A stretch of 64,000 bases of DNA from Octopus bimaculoides (GCF_001194135.2 NC_068981.1:100743965-100807964), one strand, 5' to 3'. Counted from the stretch's first letter, positions 50,143 through 63,223 are shown. A program made the numbers and translations. Notes: generated by a model not told the origin, from the letters alone.

Positions 50143-50497
50143 GTGCTGGCATCGCTGTGGGGTAAGAAGTTTACTTCCCAGCCACACGGTTTCGGGTTCA
50201 GTCCCACTGCGTGGCACCTTGGGAAAGTGTCTTCAACTATGGTCTCCGACCGACCAAAACCTCGTGAGTGGAATTGATAGACGGAAACTGAAAGAAGCTC
50301 GTCGTGTGTGTGTGTGTGTGTATTTTGCGTCTGAGGATGTGTCCCCCCTCCACATACACACCGCTTAGTAACCTGAGAGAATAAGTACTAGATTTAGAAA
50401 AAACAAAAGTACTGGGGTCGGTTCATTCGACTAAAAATTCTTCAAGGCAGTGCCCCAGCATGGCTACAGTCTAATGACTGAAATAAGTAAAAGATAA
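50143..50497 (+). mobile_element. SINE family A-related, diverged subfamily
   Basis: Head, core and tail motifs colinear. Confidence 0.75.
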
Positions 50498-50509
50498 AGA
50501 AGTGTGTAG

Positions 50510-50630
50510 ATGACAGAGAACCTTGTGGTATACCAGAGGTAATGCAATGTAGATCACAGAGGATCCCACCAACACACGAAATTTCTATCAAGGGAATGAG
50601 AGCCAAATGGGTCCCATAAGTAAGCAAGAT
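50510..50630 (-). pseudogene. CR1/L2-like RT fragment
   Basis: SCVGGILCDLHCITSGIPQGS resembles the SGVPQGS RT motif. Confidence 0.6.
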
Positions 50631-50739
50631 TGTAGTTAAACATTTGTTACTAGGCTGCTCTAAATTTATGGAAATATTGCTTATAATTTAAAACCTTGTT
50701 ATTAAACTTTTGAAAATAGTGACACTAACATGGTAGAGT

Positions 50740-50998
50740 GGAGGCGCAATGGCCCAGTGGTTAGGACAGCGGACTTGCGGTCATAGGATCGCGGTTTCGA
50801 TTCCCAGACCGGGCGTTGTGAGTGTTTATTGAGCGAAAACACCTAAAGCTCCACGAGGCTCCGACAGGGGATGGTGGCGAACCCTGCTGTACTCTTTCAC
50901 CACAACTTTCTCTCACTCTTACTTCCTCTTTCTGTTGTGCCTGTAATTCAAAGGGTCAGCCTTGTCACACTGCGTCACGCTGAATATCCCCGAGAACT
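50740..50998 (+). mobile_element. tRNA-derived SINE (family C), truncated by a gap
   Basis: TGGCCCAGTGGTTAGG A-box and GGTTTCGATTCCC B-box. Confidence 0.75.
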
Positions 50999-52149
50999 NN
51001 NNNNNNNNNNNNNNNNNNNNNNNNNNNNNNNNNNNNNNNNNNNNNNNNNNNNNNNNNNNNNNNNNNNNNNNNNNNNNNNNNNNNNNNNNNNNNNNNNNNN
51101 NNNNNNNNNNNNNNNNNNNNNNNNNNNNNNNNNNNNNNNNNNNNNNNNNNNNNNNNNNNNNNNNNNNNNNNNNNNNNNNNNNNNNNNNNNNNNNNNNNNN
51201 NNNNNNNNNNNNNNNNNNNNNNNNNNNNNNNNNNNNNNNNNNNNNNNNNNNNNNNNNNNNNNNNNNNNNNNNNNNNNNNNNNNNNNNNNNNNNNNNNNNN
51301 NNNNNNNNNNNNNNNNNNNNNNNNNNNNNNNNNNNNNNNNNNNNNNNNNNNNNNNNNNNNNNNNNNNNNNNNNNNNNNNNNNNNNNATATATATATATAT
51401 ATATATATATATACGATGGGATTAAAAGGCTTAAGAGTAGATAGAAAGATGTCAGAGATAATCATGGAAAGATTTGATCACTTGTTTTCCTTACTTAAAA
51501 TCCAGACATAACTTATGTGATGACTTGATATATGTATGGTATGTATGCGTATACACACACGCATACACACTCACAAAGACACACAGACTCTCTCTCTCTC
51601 TCTCTCCCGCGCGGACATATGAACGTGTGTCTTTGTGTTTGTCTATTGGTTGATAATCGGTGTTGGATTGTTTTCGTTCCCGAAACATTGGTGGTTCGAC
51701 AAAAATGAATGATAGAATAAACACCAGATTTAGAAATACGTATTGGGGTTGAGAGTCAATTTATTCGACTAAAGCTTTGAAGATGTTGCCCCTGCATGGC
51801 CGCAGTCCAAGGAGTGAAACATGTAAAAGATAAAAGAATACACACACGCACGCGCGCGCACACACACATATATGTAAACATTTGTAGTTAATAAATTCGT
51901 TTGCAACCAAGTTCGATCCCATGTAACAGAACCTTGTCCATCTACTATAGTCTCATAAATGGCAATTTGACAACTGGAAACCGTGAAGCAGAATCTGTCT
52001 CATGGCCGTGCCTCTGTCTTTTATGTTGTGTTTGTCTGTGTCTCCTAACTTAACGNNNNNNNNNNNNNNNNNNNNNNNNNNNNNNNNNNNNNNNNNNNNN
52101 NNNNNNNNNNNNNNNNNNNNNNNNNNNNNNNNNNNNNNNNNNNNNNNNN

Positions 52150-52881
52150 AGTTCTCAACCATTTTTTATCTATAGGCGCAGGAGTGGCTGTGTGGTAAGT
52201 AGCTTGCTTACCAACCACATGGTTCCGGGTTCAGTCCCTCTGCGTGTCACCTTGGGCAAGTGTCTTCTACTATAGCCTCGGGCCGACCAATGCCTTGTGA
52301 ATAAATTTAGTAGACGGAAACTGAAAGAAGCCTGTCGTATATATGTATATATATATATATGTGTGTGTGTGTTTGTGTGTCTGTGTTTGTCCCCCCACCG
52401 TCGCTTGACAACCGATGCTGGTGTATTTACGTCCCCGTAACTTAGCGGTTCGGCAAAACGAGACCGATAGAATAAGTACTAGGCTTCCAAAGAATAAGTC
52501 CTGGGGTCGATTTTCTCTACTAAAGGCGATGCTCCAGCATGGCCGCAGTCAAATGACTGAAACAAGTAAAAGAGTAAAAAAGTAAAAGAGTATAGACCTC
52601 TTTGGTTATCATTTTATTCTAGTGAACCCCCATAACAATTCGACGTTTAAAAACTAGTTTTATAGAAACTCCTTTCAAAATTCCTATTTTGTTTTTCACA
52701 TATTAACTTGTGTAGGTTGAACTATGCAAAACGTTAGAGAAAGAAGCCTAGCTATCTCTGGCAATAAATACATCTAAAGCCAAAATTTTTCATGAACCCT
52801 AAAATAACACTGTAGACCCAATTTACGATTTTGCTTACGTGGACCCCCAGGGTTCATATGGACCCTGGTTGGGAACCACTG
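52150..52881. mobile_element. hAT-type MITE (second copy of 56965-57325, opposite orientation) interrupted by SINE A at 52174-52590
   Basis: GTTCTCAACCATTTTTTATCTAT...GGTTGGGAACCACTG; TATA(G) duplicated around the SINE. Confidence 0.8.
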
Positions 52882-53152
52882 AAATAAGCCATGCATTGGC
52901 AAACTTTTTTGATGAGCGGGCCGCATGAAACACTGGTTCATCATAGTGCGGACCGCACTACTAAAAGAAATTCAAAGTAACTGTTCGTTCGGTGTGCCAT
53001 CTAGAAAGTCCTGCAGGTTGCATACGCCCACTCATCGGAACCATAGTTTGCCCGTGACTAAACAAAGCCTTTTAAAAGGAATCTTGAACATGACATGGCC
53101 ACAGTTCAATGAATGAAACCAGTACATAGAATAAAAAGTAAACAATATATGT

Positions 53153-53185
<33 letters not shown>

Positions 53186-53356
53186 NNNNNNNNNNNNNNN
53201 NNNNNNNNNNNAGCGCTGTCTTAGTGAGCCTAGAGGCAAATGGGTGCATTTCAATTGTGAATATATTTTACACACACGCTTACTGCGATACACAAATACA
53301 ACACATGTAAATTGTAAGATACTCGTACTTATACTTTCAATACAGACAAGTACACA

Positions 53357-53412
<56 letters not shown>

Positions 53413-54423
53413 TGCACACGCGCGTACACACTCAAGCACATGCACACACTCACTTATAATGCGTGTGTGTAAATATACTTGGAGTGAGTGTAACAAGAAC
53501 ATACAATCGACTCAGTATTGAATGTAAATATTTTATTGAAACAAAATACAAGGTGACAGTGACTTCGATATTTTGCCGGCAGAGCGTGCGCGCGTATGTG
53601 TATGTATATACATACGTACACACACAACGTACATTCATACATACATACATACATATACATACAGTAATTCCTCACTTTATGAGAACCCGCTTTACGAGAC
53701 CCCGGGTTTACAAGTTTTATTTTTCAAGCACAAGATCCAAATTTTGAACGAAGTGCAAAAGTTTCTACCACCATAACAAATGCTGCTGCGTGTTACCGAG
53801 AAATTTATAGAGCTAGATAAAATATTTCAAAAATTGTTGTTTCTGAAACCGGCGGTAAACGTGTGCACAAGTGTGGTGTGCATGCATGAAGGACTAACGT
53901 CCGAAACGTTATGGTACTTTCTCTTTCTATTTAAAGCGTTAACCTAGTACTTGTTAAGCCTAACATTTGTTAAATCTCGTTCCTCTTGCGTTGTTGATTT
54001 TTTTGCGCTGTTCATTGTATTTTACATTAAATATTTAATGCCTACGCGGATTTCCATTGAATTCGACCTCGGCAGAGTTTGAACTCAGAACGTAAAGACA
54101 GACAAGTAAAATACTTAGTGGTGCTTCGTCCGTCTTCACGTTCTGAGTTCAAATTCCGCCGAGGTCGACTTTGTTTTTCATCCTTTCGGGATCGATAAAA
54201 TAAGTGCTAGTAGAACACTGGGATCGGTGTAATCGACTTACTCCCTCCCCATAAATTGCTGACCTTGTGCCAAAATTTGTAATCCCTATGTATACTTTGA
54301 TACATTTTCACGCATCACTCCCTTTACCTTCTATTATACTTCGAAATTCAATATCAGCCGATATGATTTATTAAAATCTATCGAGCGCTTGGGTAAACTT
54401 CCGCGAAAATGCTTTCTTTTTGT

Positions 54424-54851
54424 ATTTACTCTTTTACTCTCTTTTACTCTTTTACTCTCTTTTACTTGTTTCAGTCATTTGACTGCGGCCATGTTGGAGC
54501 ACCGCCTTTAGTCGAGAAAATCGACTCCAGGACTTATTCTTTGTAAGCCTAGTACTTATTCTATCGGTCTCTTTTTGCCGAACCGCTAAGTTACGGGGAC
54601 GTAAACACACCAGCATCGGTTGTCAAGCGATGGTGTGGGGACAAACACAGACACACAAACACACATACATATATATATACATATATACGACGGGCTTCTT
54701 TCAGTTTCCGTCTACCAAATCCACTCACAAGGCTTTGGTCGGCCCGAGGCTATAGTAGAAGACACTTGCCCAAGGTGCCACGCAGTGGGACTGAACCCGG
54801 AACCATGTGGTTGGTAAGCAAGCTACTTACCACACAGCCACTCCTGCACCT
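54424..54851 (-). mobile_element. SINE family A, full length
   Basis: Colinear with consensus. Confidence 0.9.
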
Positions 54852-54986
54852 ATTTACGAAATATGTACGTATACAATAGCTTTAATCTGTTTCTAAGTTG
54901 CAAATACGGGATACATCAGGCAGTTTGCACTGAAGTTTTACTCGCAAGAAGACGTTTTACTTACAAAAAGTAAATTAAATAAACTT

Positions 54987-55324
54987 AGGCGCAGGAGTGG
55001 CTGTGTGGTAAGTAGCTTGCTTACCAACCACATGGTTCCGGGTTCAGTCCCACTGTGTGGCACCTTGGGCAAGTGTCTTCTACTATAGCCTCGGACCGAC
55101 CAAAGCCTTGTGAGTGGATTTGGTAGACGGAAACTGAAAGAAGCTTGTCGTATATATGTATATATATATATATGTGTGTTTGTGTGTTTGTGTGTCTGTA
55201 TTTGTCCCCCCACCATCGCTTGACAACCGATGCTGGTGTGTTTACGTCCCCGTAACTTAGCGGTTCGGCAAAAAGGGACCGATAGAATAAGTACTAGGCC
55301 TACAAAGAATAAGTCCTGGGGTCG
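54987..55324 (+). mobile_element. SINE family A, truncated by a gap
   Basis: Colinear with consensus. Confidence 0.9.
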
Positions 55325-56825
55325 NNNNNNNNNNNNNNNNNNNNNNNNNNNNNNNNNNNNNNNNNNNNNNNNNNNNNNNNNNNNNNNNNNNNNNNNNNNN
55401 NNNNNNNNNNNNNNNNNNNNNNNNNNNNNNNNNNNNNNNNNNNNNNNNNNNNNNNNNNNNNNNNNNNNNNNNNNNNNNNNNNNNNNNNNNNNNNNNNNNN
55501 NNNNNNNNNNNNNNNNNNNNNNNNNNNNNNNNNNNNNNNNNNNNNNNNNNNNNNNNNNNNNNNNNNNNNNNNNNNNNNNNNNNNNNNNNNNNNNNNNNNN
55601 NNNNNNNNNNNNNNNNNNNNNNNNNNNNNNNNNNNNNNNNNNNNNNNNNNNNNNNNNNNNNNNNNNNNNNNNNNNNNNNNNNNNNNNNNNNNNNNNNNNN
55701 NNNNNNNNNNNNNNNNNNNNNNNNNNNNNNNNNNNNNNNNNNNNNNNNNNNNNNNNTGGTTCTGTTCACAAATATTGTTGAATTTGCCTTACAACCCTCC
55801 AGGGTTGACGACGACGACAGTAAACACGAATAGGAGAAAACTTCTTCATGGTTGCTTGACCGGCTAGTAATAGCGACTAAATTTCTGTCAAATCACTTCC
55901 TAATCCTTTAATAAATGTAAAGACATGTTGGATAATGTAATCGTATATACACTGATGTGAAGGCGCGTAGCTTAGTGGTTAGGGTATTCGGCTCACGATC
56001 CTAAGGTTGTAAGTTCAGTTACCGGTGGTGCGTTGTGTCTTTGAGCAAGACACTTTATTTCACGTTGCTCCAGTCCATTCAGTTGGCAAAAATGAGTAAT
56101 ACCTGTATTTCAAAGGACCAGCTTTGTCACATTCTGTGTCGTGCTGACTCTCCCTGAGAACTACACTAAGGATACACGTGTCTGTGGAGTCCTCAGCCAC
56201 ATGCACGTTAATTTCACGAGCAGGCTGTTCCATTGATCGGATCAACTGGAATCCTCGTCCTCGTAACCGACGGAGTGTCAGATACACTGACATCTCAAAG
56301 AAACTGATTGTTGGTTATGTCTGTAGCAGTCAATTATGCAGCAGTATTTAGAGATAGTTTCTCTTTGTACAAATCTCATGATACCTAGGAAAATGAAAAA
56401 AACATCATAGAATAGCTATGATCAGAGGCTTGGTCGATCATAAATCACCTGGGGCTAAACAGTAACATCGCTTTTGGCAGCAGCAGCAGCAGCAGTAGCA
56501 GCAGTGAAGCACCTGTAATGGAATTTAACTCAGTAACCTGTGGAGTTGATCATTACCGTGACTTTACCGACAGCAGATGGATGTGGGACAGGTACACAGT
56601 GGTAATCCGTACTGTTATATCGACCATTTGTCTACATCAATCAACACATATTTATATATTTATTTATTTCATAAACCAAAAGAAGTATTTGGTTACCATG
56701 TAACAACATCCATAAATCGATTTATAAGACTAATCCTAAATTTATCAAGAAGTTTAAAGTTCTGTATGTATGTATGTATGTATGTATGTATGTATAGAAG
56801 ATAGATATGTGTGTGTGTGAGAGTG

Positions 56826-57690
56826 TATGCGCGCTTACATACATATCGCTTGCTTTTCCTTTTCTCATTTATTTTAATCTTTAATGTTTATTAATTTTAA
56901 CGAATCAGTCAATAATATATTCTCCTTCATTCTTTTCTATTTCTTGCCAATGTGCCACTAGCGACGTGGTTCTCAGTTTGGGTCCGTATGGCTCCTGAGG
57001 GTCCATATAAGATTTTTGTTGGGGTTCACACAACAAAACAGTAAACTGGGGATCCACAATAGTATTTTAAGGGCCCTTGAAAAAATTTTGCTTTAGATGT
57101 ATGTATTGATATGCATTGCAAGAAACAACTAAGTTTCTTTCTCTAACAATTCACATAGTTCAATCTAAACAAGTTATTGTGTGAAAAACAAATTAGGAGT
57201 TTTAAAAGAAGTTACTATAAAACTAGTTTTTAAATATTGAATGGCTATGGTGGGGTGGGTTGGGGGCACCAGACTACAATAGTAATCAAAGGGGTCCATA
57301 GATAAAAAATGGTTGAGAACCCCTACTAGCCGATCAATGCTTTGGCAGTAGAAATCACCAGGTCTTGAACACAAAGAATTCATCGAGCCATGTCGTTATC
57401 GCAGACTGCTGCAGAGCGACCGAAAAAAGCTATGATCTGAAGGTACTATATCAGGAGTAAACGGTGGATACGGTAGAATTTCCCAAATGAACTCTTGAAT
57501 TGTATTTTTGGTCAAATTATCGACGTGGGGGCGAGCTTTGTCGTGTTGAAGAAGCACGCCATTTCACTGGTCGGGTAGTTTCGGCTGGATTGCCTCATTG
57601 GGCCGGTGCATTTACTAAACATAAAGCTTTGCATTGACTGTGTTCATTTTCAAGCATCTCGTAGTGAATTCTCATTGCAAATATACATAA
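56826..57690 (-). mobile_element. Mariner 3' half relic interrupted by a hAT MITE
   Basis: GVLLQHDKARPH...EILPYPPFTPDIVPSDH...DFYCQSIDRL|VAHWQEIEKNEGEYIID*. Confidence 0.8.
56965..57325. mobile_element. hAT-type MITE, 361 bp
   Basis: Termini CGTGGTTCTC...GGTTGAGAACCCCTA; TSD CTAGC(C)GA at 56958-56964 and 57326-57333; removing it restores the mariner frame. Confidence 0.82.
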
Positions 57691-57766
57691 AAAATCTGTT
57701 TTTTGGACATTAGATGCTATCGCAAGATGTTAGGCATTTCATATTTAAAGAATATAACAAATGACA

Positions 57767-57925
57767 CAGGAGTGGCTGTGTGGTAAGTAGCTTGCTTACC
57801 AACCACATGGTTCCGGGTTCAGTCCCACTGCGTGGCACCTTGGGCAAGTGTCTTCTACTATAGCCTCGGACCGACCAAAGCCTTGTGAGTGGATTTGGTA
57901 GACGGAAATTGAAAGAAGCCCGTCG

Positions 57926-57978
<53 letters not shown>

Positions 57979-58179
57979 CTGTTTGTCTCCCCAACATCGC
58001 TTGACAACCGATGCTGGTGTGTTTACGTCCCCGTAACTTAGCGGTTCGGCAAAAAGAGACCGATAGAATAAGTACTAGGCTTACAAAGAATAAGTCCTGG
58101 GGTCGATTTGCTCGACTAAAGGTGGTGCTCCAGCATGGCTGCAATCAAATGACTGAAACAAGTAAAAGTGTAAAAGAGT
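57767..58179 (+). mobile_element. SINE family A, full length
   Basis: Colinear with consensus. Confidence 0.9.
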
Positions 58180-58229
58180 AATGAATGGGTTCACTAAACC
58201 ATCCAACATTGCATTGGCTCTCATGGAAA

Positions 58230-58420
58230 TCTCAGAACGATGAAGAAAAGGAAGTTGAAATGGTATGATCATATAACAAGATCCAATGGTCTTTCAAAAA
58301 CCATTCTTCAGAGAACCGTGGAAGGGATGAGATGGAGAGGCGGACAGAGGAAATAGATGGACAAACAATATCAAGGAATGGACAGCTACATCATCAACAG
58401 GGACCCGAGATCTGGCATAC
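58230..58420 (+). pseudogene. RTE-clade LINE C-terminal fragment
   Basis: KKRKLKWYDHITRSNGLSKTILQRTVEGMRWRGGQRK*/WTNNIKEWT. Confidence 0.75.
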
Positions 58421-58959
58421 AGTTGCGAGAGACGGGAATACACTTAGTCGCGACGGCGCTTCTATGACTCTATTGGTAGTTGAGGGCCCAAGACAGGACA
58501 ATATGAATCCTGGTTCATGCTAACCACAGGGTGTGTTGAGTGTGTGTGTGTGCGTTATGTGAAATCAGTCTTAAATTACTGAACGTTAATTTGAAGTGGG
58601 AGTAGTTTGAAATCTTTTACATCGGCACGATTTGAATCAAACATACGCACAAATAAATTAGCGTATGGCATTTTGTCAGGCCCTTTACTGATTCTGCCAA
58701 ACCACCGACCTCTTAACAAAAAAAAAGAAAAAAAAAAAAGGAAAAATGACAGGTAAGTGTTTGGTGTCAGTGTTGGAGTGAGCAGATGAAAAGTAAAAGT
58801 AAAAATAACAAAAAACAATCGGGTGTAAATAATTAGATAACAAATCAGAAAAAAAAAGACATCCACTAACTAAAAAAAGAACTAAAAAGTAGACTTTTAG
58901 GTTAGTTAGGTTCGAAGCATTTTATAAAATTATAGAGTATTATAGGAGGAGTTGGAGGG

Positions 58960-58995
58960 TGAGAGAGAGAGAAAGAGAGGGAGTGTGTGTGTGAA

Positions 58996-59076
<81 letters not shown>
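58960..59076. repeat. (GA)n microsatellite; one of many dinucleotide tracts in the window
   Basis: Direct reading. Confidence 0.95.
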
Positions 59077-59080
<4 letters not shown>

Positions 59081-60762
59081 TGGTGGGAAAAGACAGGCGA
59101 CTTAAAAACAATACTACATACAGTCAGTGTGCTGAAAGGTAAACCTGAAACGAGATAATTATTTCATGATAATTACAGGTGTCGTTTCGGTACTTATATG
59201 TCTAACAGGTGTAATTAGGGCTGAATTATTTATATTTTGAAGTAGAAACAAAATTTTGAAGCGAACAAACATCCCGAAATAAATGAACAAATACAAATAA
59301 ACTGTTAAAAAAAATCAAAAAACAACAAAGCAAAACTCGGCAGCAGCAGCAGCAGCAACGGTGACTATGAGCTGGTGAAGTGACTTGCGAATGTATGTGG
59401 TCGCTTGACCTGCTAGAAATAACGGCTAAATTTCGTTCTCATATCGCATCGTCTTGAACAACAAATGCATGAATAAATAACAAGAAGCACACAAATTAGA
59501 TAAATCAATGATCAATGTTAGGTAACTCCTAAAATGACAGGATAATCCATGGCCGGAATCAGGGCCGTTTTAGCAGTATTTTAGCCCTCAAGGGGATAAA
59601 AAAAAAATCAATGCTGGACCCTATAGTATTTCTTTCTTGACAGCAAACCACTGAATTCATAGATTTGAATCGGGCCCCTAGAACCATGACACGCCCTCCC
59701 ATCTCACCCGCCGCCACCGGGCAACAAACAGCCTAGTGTGCACACGCTTCAAGATAGCACTGGCTGGAATGTCAAGATTTATCTGCTGCGACTAAACACC
59801 ACTATCGCAACAATAACATAAACAACAACGGCAGTAGCAGTAACAACAGCAGTAGCAACAACAGTAGCAGCAACAATGATTACAAGTCAACAATGTTGCT
59901 TTAATATGGTCAATCGATCTGCTAGAAATAACAACGAAACTTTCTCTCAAATTACGTCCCACTCTCTTAAGAAACAAGTGGAGCATATTGGATAATGCAG
60001 TTCTGAATGTCTGATAATAATAAATTTTTTATCTTTTATTTTTTACTTGTTTCAGTCATTTGACTGCGGCCATACTGGAGCACCACCTAGAAGGGTTTAG
60101 GCAAAGAAAAAAACAACTCTAGGACTTTTTTTTAAAAGCCTTGTACTGATTCTATCGGTTTCTTGGATCTAGTTAAATTGATTCATAGAATCTGCATTTT
60201 TTAAAAGGAAGTAAAAAATCTGAATCCATGAACTTGTGGAGAAAAATTTGAGGAAAAGCTACAAAGGTTTAAAAATCGAAACAAACTGCCAATAGTGAAA
60301 CAGCGGTGTCAACTTTAAGGTTGTACCCTGTGAAATTTATAGTTTATAGTTACCTGTATTTCATAGTTACCTGTGTTTACTTTATGCGTATTTCAGTATT
60401 ATGTATACCTGTCATGTACATCATTAATATATAAGTGCATAAAAGGTGCTACTATACCGGGACAGAATAGACCTGGGAGCAGTTGTGGCAAAAAGGTGGT
60501 TCCACGATTTCTCAAAACCCTGGAGCTTCCAAACAATGGCTCTACTGCCGGATCATACAGCTTCTCTCTCTCACTCACAGTCACACACACATATATACAC
60601 ACACACACACGCACACATACACACACGCTCTCTCTCTCTCTCTCTCTCTCTCTCCCGTTCCCCACCTCTCTCTCACCGAATCTATCAGGCCAGCTGTGAC
60701 TTCATTAAAAATATATTATAGTCTTAATTGATTTTATTGGTAATCTTTCATATATGCATGTA

Positions 60763-60964
60763 TATAATTGTCACTGAATGTTAGAACACTCACATTGCTA
60801 GAAATAAGAGCTAAAATGCTCTAATGGTGTAGCTAAAGCACATAATTATATACATATGTACTGATTGGAGCCGTAATCGTCCCAAAACACCGGTCGAGAT
60901 CTCGACAACTTATTTCTAGCAATGTAGGTGTCCTAACACCCCAGTCACATTTAGTGACAATTAT
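60763..60964. mobile_element. MITE-like element with imperfect terminal inverted repeats
   Basis: CACATTGCTAGAAATAAG and CTTATTTCTAGCAATGTA plus TATAATTGTCACT arms. Confidence 0.55.
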
Positions 60965-61074
60965 AGTTTTCTTTTTTGGTAAAACATTACACATTGCTGT
61001 CTATGTATATATATATATATATATATATTGGTGAGGTGAGAATTCTGTTTATTTATATATATTTTTGGGACAAT

Positions 61075-61136
61075 ACTGTGCTGATGAACGAAATCTAGAT
61101 TCATTCTAGTAATCGCGAAATCGGCCGATACACAGT
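61075..61136 (+). ncRNA. Minimal type I hammerhead ribozyme motif
   Basis: ACTGTG-CTGATGA-[helix II]-GAAA-TCGGCCGA-T-A-CACAGT; 6-bp helix I, palindromic helix III, AUA cleavage triplet; A10.1-C11.1 non-canonical. Confidence 0.75.
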
Positions 61137-61682
61137 TAAGTTTATTTAAAAGAAAGTTGGTCGTCTTCTGTTGGTTGTTTTTCCTCGCATTAGGTACTAA
61201 ATGTGGTTATTTTGAGAAGTCCACTGTGTGGTGTTATTATTTTCTNNNNNNNNNNNNNNNNNNNNNNNNNNNNNNNNNNNNNNNNNNNNNNNNNNNNNNN
61301 NNNNNNNNNNNNNNNNNNNNNNNNNNNNNNNNNNNNNNNNNNNNNNNNNNNNNNNNNNNNNNNNNNNNNNNNNNNNNNNNNNNNNNNNNNNNNNNNNNNN
61401 NNNNNNNNNNNNNNNNNNNNNNNNNNNNNNNNNNNNNNNNNNNNNNNNNNNNNNNNNNNNNNNNNNNNNNNNNNNNNNNNNNNNNNNNNNNNNAATACAG
61501 AATGGGACAAGAACGCAAAACATCCAGACAGTTAGGTGATACGAGAAAGGGACAAAACATCCAGATAGACGATACAAAGAAAACAAAGACAGGTCATTCA
61601 GAGTTTTCTTTCCTCAGTCGAGATTCAGATTATCCTTGCAATTTCGGCTGGTTATATATATATATATACACACACACACATA

Positions 61683-62440
61683 CAAGGTACGATGTGTAAA
61701 TTGTCGCCATTTTATATTTTCAATTTCGTGCATGCGTATTGTTTGGTTTTGGATTTTGTCGACTGTACTGTATAGTAGTGTCAGTAGGGCACCGTCTATG
61801 AGAAAAACAGAACCATGACACAATTCACTCTGCCAGAAATTTGGAAGCAACATGCTGTACTGCTTGGCAGTCGCGCTGGAAGCTCCAATACGAACATTTC
61901 AGAGTGTTTGGGTGTCAATCCGAGAGCAGTGCAGAAAATTCGGAAAGCGTTGGATGAGTCTAATGGTGATTATGAAGGTACAGCAACTCGGAAAACTCAC
62001 TGTGATCGTTCTGATAGGAAAAAAAAAACTTCTGAATTTGTTGATGAGATCCAGGCCATGATTGACAATGATCCCTCCAAGTCAATCAGGTCGATCACCA
62101 GGGACATGTGAGTGTCTGATTTTCCTATCAGGCAGGTAGTGCATGAAGACGTTCGGTATTCCTTATACAAGATGAGAAAGAGCCAACTTTTACCCCAAGC
62201 CATCAAGGACAAGAGGAAAGACCGCGCCACGAAGCTTTTGAACAAACTCAAGCATCCCCTACAACCGAACATGCTTTGGTTTTTCTCAGTCTAGAAAAAA
62301 TTTCTGCCAGGATCAGATTGTGAACATGCAGAACAACCGTTGGCTTTCCGTGTCCCCAAAACATGTACCGACAGTGTTAAAAATCAAGCATCCAGTCAGC
62401 ATCATGGTGTTTGGAGTGATCACTAGTGATGGCGACGTTA
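61683..62440 (+). mobile_element. Tc1/mariner-superfamily element, 5' part (maT/Bmmar1-like by motif resemblance), running into a gap
   Basis: TA|CAAGGT start; ORF from 61815 with HTH-like region, ..WFFS.., QNNRW..VPTVLKIKHPVSIMVFGVITSDG; the distal catalytic Asps are hidden in the gap, so DDxD spacing is unverified. Confidence 0.75.
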
Positions 62441-63181
62441 NNNNNNNNNNNNNNNNNNNNNNNNNNNNNNNNNNNNNNNNNNNNNNNNNNNNNNNNNNNN
62501 NNNNNNNNNNNNNNNNNNNNNNNNNNNNNNNNNNNNNNNNNNNNNNNNNNNNNNNNNNNNNNNNNNNNNNNNNNNNNNNNNNNNNNNNNNNNNNNNNNNN
62601 NNNNNNNNNNNNNNNNNNNNNNNNNNNNNNNNNNNNNNNNNNNNNNNNNNNNNNNNNNNNNNNNNNNNNNNNNNNNNNNNNNNNNNNNNNNNNNNNNNNN
62701 NNNNNNNNNNNNNNNNNNNNNNNNNNNNNNNNNNNNNNNNNNNNNNNNNNNNNNNNNNNNNNNNNNNNNNNNNNNNNNNNNNNNNNNNNNNNNNNNNNNN
62801 NNNNNNNNNNNNNNNNNNNNNNNNNNNNNNNNNNNNNNNNNNNNNNNNNNNNNNNNNNNNNNNNNNNNNNNNNNNNNNNNNNNNNNNNNNNNNNNNNNNN
62901 NNNNNNNNNNNNNNNNNNNNNNNNNNNNNNNNNNNNNNNNNNNNNNNNNNNNNNNNNNNNNNNNNNNNNNNNNNNNNNNNNNNNNNNNNNNNNNNNNNNN
63001 NNNNNNNNNNNNNNNNNNNNNNNNNNNNNNNNNNNNNNNNNNNNNNNNNNNNNNNNNNNNNNNNNNNNNNNNNNNNNNNNNNNNNNNNNNNNNNNNNNNN
63101 NNNNNNNNNNNNNNNNNNNNNNNNNNNNNNNNNNNNNNNNNNNNNNNNNNNNNNNNNNNNNNNNNNNNNNATATGTATGTA

Positions 63182-63223
<42 letters not shown>

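Noticed and set aside
60860-60905. CTGATTGG...AAAACACCGGTCGAGAT as another hammerhead
   Set aside because: Both core halves deviate and helix I is absent
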